Of a DNA stretch of 64,000 bases, positions 1-7,692 are shown one piece after another. Location: contig CANOMQ010000001.1 in assembly GCA_947567595.1 (NCBI GenBank), positions 77,613 through 141,612 of the forward strand, in the 5' to 3' direction. Position 1 is the stretch's first letter; each line of letters begins with the position of its first letter. Both the position numbers and the translations under genes were made by a program. Below the pieces are notes generated by a model that saw only the letters and a program-made list of their open reading frames with translations, did not search any database and had not been told where the DNA came from. The stretch is from an uncultured Lachnospiraceae bacterium (GTDB lineage Bacteria > Bacillota > Clostridia > Lachnospirales > Lachnospiraceae).

Positions 1-1
1 T

Positions 2-955
2 GTGAAAAAGACAGGAACCGTCACCTTTACGGCGACGGCATCAGACGGCAGCAATAAAAAAGAAAAAATCACGTTTGTCATTACAAAGCAGACAACCAAA
101 ATGTGGCCTGCCGGAGGACGGGAAAACGTGGTCGTTGGCAGGAAAAAGTCCGTACAGCTCAACGTAGAGTACAGACCGCTTGGCACAACCATGAAAAAGG
201 CACAGTGGGAGAGCAGCGACACGTCGATCGCAAAGGTCAATAAAAATAACGGAAAGGTGACGGGCGTACAGGAGGGCACGGCGGTGATTACGGCAACGGC
301 GACGGACGGAAGCGGCAAAAGCTGCACGTTTAACGTTCAGGTGGTGCCTGCGGTAAGCAAGGTTGACATTGTTAAGGTTGAGGCAAACGGACGCAGGAAT
401 GAGCCCAGAGCTGTTGTGGGAGTGGATTTAGGTCCCGGTGTGAGCACCTATACAACGAAGCTTAGCACAGACCTTTATGTAAAAGAGGGGAAGGAATACA
501 TTCCGCTGGATGCCCAGCGTGTGGAATGGAGCTCGAGCAATAAGGCGATTGCCGAGGTTGACGAGGACGGACTTGTGACAGTGCATAAGGCAGGAGAGGT
601 GACCATCAAGGCGACAGCGACAGACGGCAGCAAGAAGTCGGGCAAGATTAAGCTCTACGCGGGAAGGCTTGTGGAACGGCTTGATGTGGATAAGAGCGTG
701 CTTGGCGGAATTGACCTGTACTTAGGCATGAAGGAGTACAAGACGTTTGACCTTTCGGACAAAATTGACGTTTATCCGCTGATTGCAAGCAATAAGACGC
801 TTGTCTATACAAGCACCAACAAAAAATGCGTGACAGTGAATGCGAAAGGCAAGGTAACGGCGAAAAAGCCAAATGATGAACCTGTATACATCATTGTTAC
901 AACAAAGGACGGTTCCGGCGTCAGCGTGGAGATACCTGTTGATGTGACAAAATGA
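2..955 (+). CDS. Cell-surface protein, C-terminal fragment with tandem bacterial Ig-like (Big_2) repeats; 5' end lies outside the window
   Basis: Motif recurs about every 90 aa: GKVTGVQEGTAVITATATDGSGKS, GLVTVHKAGEVTIKATATDGSKKSG, GKVTAKKPNDEPVYIIVTTKDGSGVS. The first residues already sit inside a repeat (TFTATASDGSNKK), so the GTG at position 2 is not the true start. A terminator hairpin follows. Confidence 0.8.
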   Translation: MKKTGTVTFTATASDGSNKKEKITFVITKQTTKMWPAGGRENVVVGRKKSVQLNVEYRPLGTTMKKAQWESSDTSIAKVNKNNGKVTGVQEGTAVITATATDGSGKSCTFNVQVVPAVSKVDIVKVEANGRRNEPRAVVGVDLGPGVSTYTTKLSTDLYVKEGKEYIPLDAQRVEWSSSNKAIAEVDEDGLVTVHKAGEVTIKATATDGSKKSGKIKLYAGRLVERLDVDKSVLGGIDLYLGMKEYKTFDLSDKIDVYPLIASNKTLVYTSTNKKCVTVNAKGKVTAKKPNDEPVYIIVTTKDGSGVSVEIPVDVTK

Positions 956-983
956 CGGAATGAGACAATAAGAATGTATGTTT

Positions 984-1018
984 GGGCAGGAGAAGAAAAA
1001 GACTCCTGCCCGTTTTTT
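984..1018 (+). terminator. Rho-independent terminator after the Big_2 gene
   Basis: Perfect 9-bp stem GGGCAGGAG (984-992) / CTCCTGCCC (1003-1011) with a 10-nt loop, followed by G + TTTTTT (1013-1018). Confidence 0.75.
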
Positions 1019-1068
1019 GCTTTTCATTCTTTCCATTTCCGATTATTTACATTTCATTGGCAAATACT

Positions 1069-1097
1069 ATGACATAGAAGGAAAACTATGATATAAT
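1069..1097 (+). promoter_or_regulatory. SigA-type promoter upstream of the asnB-like gene
   Basis: ATGACA (1069-1074), 17-nt spacer, extended -10 TGaTATAAT (TG 1089-1090, TATAAT 1092-1097). Lies about 40 nt upstream of the ATG at 1138. Confidence 0.5.
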
Positions 1098-1137
1098 GAG
1101 CGTTAGCGAGAACGAGTATAGGGAGGCAGGATAAAGG

Positions 1138-3021
1138 ATGTGTGGAATAGCCGGATTTTGCAACAACGCCGCAAACTGGAGAACAAATATCGAAAAAATG
1201 AATGAACGAATGTACCACCGCGGCCCCGACGCAGGCGGCGTCTGGGCAAACGACGACAAAAGTGTGGTCTTCGGACACCGCAGGCTTTCCATCATCGACC
1301 TGTCCGAAAACGGCGCGCAGCCAATGCACTCCGCGTCGGGAAGATATGTGTGCGTCTTTAACGGCGAAATCTACAATTACCGCACCATAAGGGACAAGCT
1401 CCTTGCGGAAAAAAAGGTAACAGCATTTCGCGGCGGCTCAGACACGGAGGTCTTGCTCGCGGCGTTTGAGGCATACGGCGTCAGGGATACGCTTGCGCTC
1501 TGCAAGGGCATGTTTGCAATCGCGCTTTATGATAAGGAAACAAAGCGTATCACCCTCATGCGTGACCGCGTTGGCGAAAAGCCCCTGTATTACGGCTTTG
1601 TCAACAAAAGCTTTGTCTTTGCGTCCGACATTGGCAGTATCCGTGTACTGGACGGCTTTTGCAACGAAATCGACACCGCCGTGCTCCAAATCTATTTCAT
1701 ACACGGCTATATCCCCGCGCCCTATTCCATTTACAAGGACATTTACAAGCTCGACGCAGGCTGTATTTTGGAGCTTGACGTGCCTTATGACACACCAAAA
1801 ATCAGCCCCTACTGGTCGGTGCGCGAGGTGGCAAAATACGGGCAGGCACACCCTTTTTGCGGGACAAGACAGGAAGCCGCAGACGAGCTGGAACGCCTGC
1901 TCAAGGCGTCCATCAGGGAACAAATGGTCGCGGACGTTCCTGTCGGTGCGTTTTTGTCGGCAGGCATTGACAGCAGCACCATCGTCGCGCTCATGCAGGC
2001 GCAGTCGGACTTGAAGGTGCGGACGTTCACAATCGGCATGGAAGACCCCAAGTACAACGAGGCTGCTTATGCAAAGGAAATCGCAAAGCATTTGGGAACA
2101 CAGCACACAGAGCTGTACATTACGCCCGACGATGCAAAAGCGGTCATTCCAAAGCTCGCACATATATTCGGCGAGCCGTTTGCCGACTCCTCACAGATAC
2201 CGACCTATCTTGTCAGCAAAATGACGCGGGAGCACGTGACGGTGTCCTTAAGCGGCGACGCGGGCGACGAGCTGTTCTGCGGGTATATGACATACGCCTC
2301 CATCGACCGGATATGGGGAAAGATGAAGTCGTATCCGTACGCGCTGCGCAAAATGGCAAGCAGCCTTCTTGTAAACTGTCCGCTGCTAAAAAACAAACAG
2401 ATTTTGCAGACAAAGGCATATCTGCTTGGCGCCAAAAGCCCGGAGCACCTTTACGAGCTTTCCAACGCGCAGGAGGCAGGAAATCTGGCGGTTGCGCTTG
2501 ACAAAAACGTTCACCCATATAAGCATAACACGCAGCCCTACGGCGATGTCCAAGAGCCGCAGAGCCGCATTATGCTGATGGATATGGAGGTGTATCACCC
2601 AGACGACATTTTGGTGAAGGTTGACCGGACGGCAATGGCAGTGTCTTTGGAGACGCGCGTGCCAATGCTTGACAAGGACGTGGTCGAATTTGCGTGGACG
2701 CTGCCGATTGCATACAAAAAACAGGGCGATGTCGGAAAGGTGGTTTTGCGCGATGTCCTCTATCGTTATGTGCCAAAGGAAATGATGGACAGACCAAAGA
2801 AGGGCTTTTCCATTCCGATTACAAAATGGCTCAAGGAGCCGCAGCTTCGGTCTTGGGCGGAGGCGCTGGTTGACAGGGAGCTTATCAGAAGGCAGGGGAT
2901 TTTAAACGCCGACGTGGTTTGGCGTATGTGGACGGACTACATCAAAAACGACAACTGGCGGATACAGCTTTGGTATATCCTGATGTTCCAAAGCTGGCTT
3001 GCCTCGGAAAAAATCAGGTAG
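1138..3021 (+). CDS. asnB: Asparagine synthase (glutamine-hydrolysing) family amidotransferase, AsnB-like
   Basis: N-terminal MCGIAGF (Cys2 nucleophile of class II/Ntn glutamine amidotransferases). PP-loop-like SAGIDSS in the synthetase domain. 627 aa, typical length. RBS GGGAGG upstream. Confidence 0.9.
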   Translation: MCGIAGFCNNAANWRTNIEKMNERMYHRGPDAGGVWANDDKSVVFGHRRLSIIDLSENGAQPMHSASGRYVCVFNGEIYNYRTIRDKLLAEKKVTAFRGGSDTEVLLAAFEAYGVRDTLALCKGMFAIALYDKETKRITLMRDRVGEKPLYYGFVNKSFVFASDIGSIRVLDGFCNEIDTAVLQIYFIHGYIPAPYSIYKDIYKLDAGCILELDVPYDTPKISPYWSVREVAKYGQAHPFCGTRQEAADELERLLKASIREQMVADVPVGAFLSAGIDSSTIVALMQAQSDLKVRTFTIGMEDPKYNEAAYAKEIAKHLGTQHTELYITPDDAKAVIPKLAHIFGEPFADSSQIPTYLVSKMTREHVTVSLSGDAGDELFCGYMTYASIDRIWGKMKSYPYALRKMASSLLVNCPLLKNKQILQTKAYLLGAKSPEHLYELSNAQEAGNLAVALDKNVHPYKHNTQPYGDVQEPQSRIMLMDMEVYHPDDILVKVDRTAMAVSLETRVPMLDKDVVEFAWTLPIAYKKQGDVGKVVLRDVLYRYVPKEMMDRPKKGFSIPITKWLKEPQLRSWAEALVDRELIRRQGILNADVVWRMWTDYIKNDNWRIQLWYILMFQSWLASEKIR

Positions 3022-4683
3022 GTGCGCATGGTTTTTGTGATTTTAAACTGGGGATACATTCTAATAACAAGCTTCCTGTGCGGCTTTGCGTTCTCAAGGC
3101 TTGTGAAAAAGACATTGGGCTATCCGATGGAAAATCTGATAGAGCTGGTGTTTTTCGGGCTAATTATAGCAACGGCTTACGCACAGCTTTTCAGCCTGCT
3201 TGGCGGAGTGGGCATTGCGGCAAATCTTCTCTTGACTGCCGGGTGCATTTTGATATTTGCAGCTTGGAGAAAAGAAATAATATGCGTTATACATCAAAAA
3301 TGGCAAAAACGGACGCTTTTTTATAAAATAACAGTTGTAATTCTGACGCTGCTATGGTGTTACTGCACCTCAAGAGGCTACATGCATTATGATTCTGACC
3401 TCTACCATGCGCAAAGTATCCGCTGGATAGAGGAGTATGGTATTGTGAAGGGGTTGGGAAATATCCATGTGCGCTTTGCGTACAACAGCTCGTTTTTTGC
3501 GCTGTCCGCGCTTTATAGTATGCGGGGGCTTCTGGGGCAGTCGCTTCATACGGTAAACGGGCTGATTGCGCTTTTGCTGAGCGTGGAATTGCTCGAGGGC
3601 TTTCGGCGGCGGCTTGCACCCTCTGATTTTGCAAGGCTTGGGGCGTTTTATTATCTGACGTTGATTTACCGCGACATCGTAGCTCCGGCGTCGGATTACT
3701 GTGTGATGTGCTTCGTATTTTACCTTGTGATAAGGTGGCTTTCCTGCTTGGAGGCAGGGGAGCGCAGGGCTGCTCCCTACGCGCTGCTGTGTGTGATGGG
3801 TGCCTACTGTGTCACGTTGAAGCTTACGGCGGGGGTGATTTTGCTGCTTTTGATAAAGCCTGCGTATCTGCTTTTGAAGGGGCGGCGTTATCGGGAAATC
3901 GCGTTCTACGTTTTGATGGGGAGCTTGGTGCTTGTCCCGTGGCTTGCAAGGACTGCCCTGATTTCGGGGTATCTGCTGTATCCGTTTCCGGCGCTTGACG
4001 TGCTTGATGTGGACTGGAAGATTCCGGCGGCAGCGGCGGCGCTTGACGCGGCGGAAATCAAGACATGGGGGCGCGGGCTGCAAAACGCTGCGCTGGTGGG
4101 GCTTCCTGTTTGGGAATGGTTTCCGGGCTGGTTTCGGGAGACGCTTCCTGCTATCGGAAAGCTTTTGGTTGTGGCAGATTTGGCATGTGTTGCGGCGACG
4201 GTGTGCTTTGCCGTAGCTTTTGCGGTCTGTGCAGTCCGAAAAAAAGCCGTGCCCAAAAAGGCGGACCGTCTGTTGGTGCTTGTCACAGTGGCGGTGTCTT
4301 ATCTGTTCTGGCAGCTTTCGGCACCGCTGTTAAGATATGGCTACGCATACGTGCTGCTGCTGATAATGCTTGTAGCAGGCTTTTTGTATCAGGGTATCCG
4401 AAAAAACGGACGCTTGGTGTGCTTTGCCGTGCTTCTTTTGATAGCGGTCAAGGGCGTATCGCTTGCGGGGTATCTGACGGAGACAGCGAAAAAGCCCCAT
4501 TACATTGCCCAGCAGGAGTATGGCAGCTATGACTTGGAACGCTTTGAGGCGGAGGGGATTTCCTTCTATTATCCTAAAAGCGGCGACCGGGTGGGCTATG
4601 AACGCTTTCCCGCAATCCCGCGTAAAATTGCCGTAAGGTTCCGTGGACAGGACATCAGGGACGGATTTCTTCCATCAGGTTAG
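3022..4683 (+). CDS. Large polytopic integral membrane protein of unknown function (possible glycan polymerase or GT-C-like)
   Basis: More than 10 hydrophobic segments across 553 aa. Abuts the asnB stop directly. ATG at 3028 with AGGTAGG upstream is an alternative start. I recognise no named family motif. Confidence 0.55.
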   Translation: MRMVFVILNWGYILITSFLCGFAFSRLVKKTLGYPMENLIELVFFGLIIATAYAQLFSLLGGVGIAANLLLTAGCILIFAAWRKEIICVIHQKWQKRTLFYKITVVILTLLWCYCTSRGYMHYDSDLYHAQSIRWIEEYGIVKGLGNIHVRFAYNSSFFALSALYSMRGLLGQSLHTVNGLIALLLSVELLEGFRRRLAPSDFARLGAFYYLTLIYRDIVAPASDYCVMCFVFYLVIRWLSCLEAGERRAAPYALLCVMGAYCVTLKLTAGVILLLLIKPAYLLLKGRRYREIAFYVLMGSLVLVPWLARTALISGYLLYPFPALDVLDVDWKIPAAAAALDAAEIKTWGRGLQNAALVGLPVWEWFPGWFRETLPAIGKLLVVADLACVAATVCFAVAFAVCAVRKKAVPKKADRLLVLVTVAVSYLFWQLSAPLLRYGYAYVLLLIMLVAGFLYQGIRKNGRLVCFAVLLLIAVKGVSLAGYLTETAKKPHYIAQQEYGSYDLERFEAEGISFYYPKSGDRVGYERFPAIPRKIAVRFRGQDIRDGFLPSG

Positions 4684-4692
4684 TCTGTCAGG

Positions 4693-4721
4693 TTGATACG
4701 ATACGGCAATTATAGTATAAT
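4693..4721 (+). promoter_or_regulatory. SigA-type promoter upstream of the UbiA-family gene
   Basis: TTGATA (4693-4698), 17-nt spacer, TATAAT (4716-4721). Located in the 66-bp gap before the ATG at 4750. Confidence 0.55.
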
Positions 4722-4749
4722 GGTATATATCATACGTTAGGAGAGGATT

Positions 4750-5724
4750 TTGATGAGGATACAAACGAGTGACGCAGAAGCACTACAGATTAAGAATTAT
4801 ATTAAGATTGCACGGCCGGATCACTGGATTAAAAACGTGTTTATCCTGCCGGGGCTTGCGCTTGCGCTGATTTTGATTGAACTGCCTGCGGACTGGGGCA
4901 GCTTTCTGATAAAGCTTGTGGCGGGCTTTCTTGCGACCTGCTTTATCGCGTCGGCAAACTATGTCATCAATGAATGGCTTGACGCGGAGTTTGACCAGTA
5001 CCACCCGACGAAAAAGTACCGACCTGTGGTGAGCCAGAACATGAAATTTTCGCTTGTGATGGTGGAGTATGTCATCTGCATTCTCGTCGGTATCGTATTG
5101 TCCTTTATGGTCAATATCCCCTTTGTCGTGACGGAGCTGTGGCTTTTGGTGATGGGGGTTTTATACAATGTAAAGCCGGTGCGGACAAAGGACGTGGTGT
5201 ACCTTGACGTGCTCTCCGAGTCCATTAACAATATGATACGCCTTTTGCTTGGCTGGTTTATCGTATGCGAGGACGTGTATCCACCCTCAAGCATTATGCT
5301 TGGCTACTGGATGGCGGGCGCGTTTCTGATGGCGGTAAAGCGTTACGCGGAATACCGCATGATTGGAAATCCCGAGGTTGCAGGCTCCTACAGGAAGTCA
5401 TTTTGCAAATACAAGGAGGAGACGCTTTTGTGCTCCGCGCTCTTTTATGCGCTGTGCGCAACGTTTTTAATCGGCATTTTCCTGCTAAAGTACCGGATTG
5501 AGTACCTTGTTGCAATGCCTGTGCTCTTTTTCCTGTTCTGCTATTACCTGTACATAGCGCACAAGCCCGATTCGGCGGCGCAGAAGCCGGAAAAGCTGTT
5601 TCGCGAGAAAAAGCTGATGTTGCTGGTGGCGGTGCTTGTGGTGCTTTTTGCCGTGCTTACGGTGGTTGACATTCCGGTGATGGAAGTGTGGGAGACGGCA
5701 TTCTTCATTCCCACAGGGCATTGA
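4750..5724 (+). CDS. UbiA-superfamily polyprenyl-phosphate transferase, resembling decaprenyl-phosphate phosphoribosyltransferase (DPPR synthase)
   Basis: RPDHWIKNVFILPG near the N-terminus. First Asp-rich motif NYVINEWLDAEFDQYHPTKKYRPVVS, which resembles my recollection of the ..D..D..HPTK..RP.. pattern of DPPR synthases. LYNVKP and AVKRYAEY further downstream. About 8-9 TM helices. Confidence 0.75.
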   Translation: MMRIQTSDAEALQIKNYIKIARPDHWIKNVFILPGLALALILIELPADWGSFLIKLVAGFLATCFIASANYVINEWLDAEFDQYHPTKKYRPVVSQNMKFSLVMVEYVICILVGIVLSFMVNIPFVVTELWLLVMGVLYNVKPVRTKDVVYLDVLSESINNMIRLLLGWFIVCEDVYPPSSIMLGYWMAGAFLMAVKRYAEYRMIGNPEVAGSYRKSFCKYKEETLLCSALFYALCATFLIGIFLLKYRIEYLVAMPVLFFLFCYYLYIAHKPDSAAQKPEKLFREKKLMLLVAVLVVLFAVLTVVDIPVMEVWETAFFIPTGH

Positions 5725-5738
5725 TGTGAGGGCGATGT

Positions 5739-6461
5739 ATGAACCGGATAGAGCTTAGAAAAAACAATCTCATGGAGTATGATACCTTCATCTTTGACTT
5801 GGACGGAACGCTTTATTATCAGAAGCCGTTTCGGATTAGAATGCTTTGTACGCTGCTTGGCTATGTGCTGCGCCACCCGACGTCGGTCAGGGATTTATCC
5901 TTAATTCAGACCTACCGGAAGACGCGTGAGCAGTGGGAGCGGCTTGAACGAAATGTCGCGTTTGCGTCAGGGCTGAGCCTTGATGAACGCCAGTTTGCAT
6001 ACGTGGCGGAAAAACGGAGGGTGGAGCCGGAGGACGTAAGGCGTGCGGTGGAGCTGTTTATGCTAAAGCTGCCCCTGCGCGTGCTGCCGCCGTTTCGCGA
6101 TGAAATGCTTGCGGAATGGATACAACGGCTGAAAACTGAAAAGAAAACAGTAGTTATTTATTCGGATTATCCCGTGGAGGATAAGCTTCGGTGCCTTGGC
6201 ATTGAGGCGGACGCCTGTTTTACATCGGGGGACGCTGCCATTGGCTGTATGAAGCCTGATCCAAGGGGACTCCGGGTAATCCTGTCCGCGCTTGGCTGTG
6301 AGGGCGCAGACGCGGTCATGGTTGGCGACCGTTATGAAAAGGACGGTATTGCCGCACAGTCGGCGGGCGTTGACTATATCATCGTGGACAGCGTGAAACG
6401 GGAGCGCGAAAGGCTGCGGGAGCTTTTTTTTGATAAAATGATATGTCATAAAATGATGTGA
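5739..6461 (+). CDS. HAD-superfamily hydrolase / phosphatase
   Basis: Motif I FIFDLDGTLY. Motif IV VMVGDRYEKDGIAA. 240 aa, cytoplasmic. Sits 15 bp after the UbiA gene. Confidence 0.8.
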   Translation: MNRIELRKNNLMEYDTFIFDLDGTLYYQKPFRIRMLCTLLGYVLRHPTSVRDLSLIQTYRKTREQWERLERNVAFASGLSLDERQFAYVAEKRRVEPEDVRRAVELFMLKLPLRVLPPFRDEMLAEWIQRLKTEKKTVVIYSDYPVEDKLRCLGIEADACFTSGDAAIGCMKPDPRGLRVILSALGCEGADAVMVGDRYEKDGIAAQSAGVDYIIVDSVKRERERLRELFFDKMICHKMM

Positions 6462-6471
6462 GGGAGAGCGT

Positions 6472-7581
6472 GTGATGATGAAAAATAAGTTGATAAGAGT
6501 GATTGCGGCTGCCTGCATTGCGGTAATGATCAGTCAGCCGCCTTATGCTGTCATGGCAGCGGAGGAAACACCTGTTATGGAAATGCCAAAAAACGAAATG
6601 CCCGAAATGGAAGCACCTGTTATGGAAGTGCCGGAAATGCCCCAGCCAGAGCCGGTAGACCATGAGACGGCGTTATTGCAGGAGGCGCAAAGGGCAGTTG
6701 TCGAGCAGGGGCTTGCGCTTGACAAATACCATGTAATCAATGTGCTTGGCGACTCGCTTACCGAGGGAGTCGGCGCAAGGTCGGAGGATAAAGCGTATCC
6801 GGTTGTCCTTTCAAGGCTTACAGGGGCAGTCGTGAACAATTACGGGGTTTCCGGCTCACGCATTACGGATATAGAGAGTATCTGGACAAATCCCGGCTCT
6901 TTTGTAGACCGCATGTATGCGATGGACAAAGCAGCCGACCTTGTGCTCGTATTTGGCGGCACAAATGATTTCTGGTTCGGCGACTGCCCGATTGGAAAGC
7001 GCAGTGATACGGGTGTCAATACCTTTTATGGTGCGCTCAATAAAATGCTGCCGCACCTTAAGCGGGAATATCCCGATGCGGACATTGTGCTGATCATTCC
7101 GTATCAGCAGTGCAAGGACGCGGACGAGACACGTCCGTATAAAAGAAGCACCTACAGTGATTTTGGACACGGCACATTCAGCAAGTACCGCATTGCCATG
7201 CTCGACCGCTGTGAATACTACGGGATACCGGTGCTTGACTTATACGCGGACTACGACCTCAATATGGCGGATAACAGGGAGGCGCTTGAGCGCTACGGGA
7301 ACTTTATCTGCGACGGCTGTCACTTAAATGACGCGGGCTACAACCTGCTTGCGCGAAAAATATATGCCTTTATTATGCAGGACTTCTCCGAATATGTGCC
7401 GCAATATACCGAAATCCATGATATGGTCTTTGAGACGGCGGCGCTTCCGGCGCTCATTCAAAACGGCAGCTTCGTCATGCCAAACGGCGAGGTCATTTTA
7501 AGCAAGCCCGGCTTTGAGGTTGAACCCACCATGCCCCTGCAGCAGCTTTATCAGAATTTCATTATCTCAGCAATGTACTAA
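6472..7581 (+). CDS. Secreted SGNH/GDSL-family hydrolase (esterase / acyl-transfer enzyme) with a Pro/Glu/Met-rich linker
   Basis: Signal-peptide-like N-terminus (KLIRVIAAACIAVMISQPPYAVMAA). Block I INVLGDSLTEGVG. Block III GGTNDFW. Block V DGCHLNDAGY (DxxH). Starts at GTG 6472 or ATG 6475/6478. Confidence 0.8.
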   Translation: MMMKNKLIRVIAAACIAVMISQPPYAVMAAEETPVMEMPKNEMPEMEAPVMEVPEMPQPEPVDHETALLQEAQRAVVEQGLALDKYHVINVLGDSLTEGVGARSEDKAYPVVLSRLTGAVVNNYGVSGSRITDIESIWTNPGSFVDRMYAMDKAADLVLVFGGTNDFWFGDCPIGKRSDTGVNTFYGALNKMLPHLKREYPDADIVLIIPYQQCKDADETRPYKRSTYSDFGHGTFSKYRIAMLDRCEYYGIPVLDLYADYDLNMADNREALERYGNFICDGCHLNDAGYNLLARKIYAFIMQDFSEYVPQYTEIHDMVFETAALPALIQNGSFVMPNGEVILSKPGFEVEPTMPLQQLYQNFIISAMY

Positions 7582-7692
7582 TCAAAAAATTAAACAAATT
7601 TTAAGAAAAAATTTATTTTTAATTCATCTTTACGTTTTTATCAAAATATGTTACCATTGAGAAACGCGAAAGACAAAGGTGGGAACGTAAAG

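Noticed and set aside
1438-2163. 241-aa minus-strand ORF inside the asnB-like gene. Similar long antisense ORFs occur at 3370-4083, 29560-30252, 30306-30887, 32513-33136, 35486-36361, 37591-38205, 41620-42246, 52668-53165 and 61063-61758.
   Set aside because: All are fully contained within strongly supported + strand genes. They are Arg/His/Cys/Pro-rich or otherwise compositionally odd and have no family motifs. They are typical antisense-frame artefacts.
7582-7692. Very AT-rich 110-bp gap upstream of the 7693 membrane-protein gene, considered as a promoter or regulatory element.
   Set aside because: I found several poor -35/-10 combinations but none with acceptable spacing and sequence. I could not distinguish a promoter from generic AT-rich spacer.
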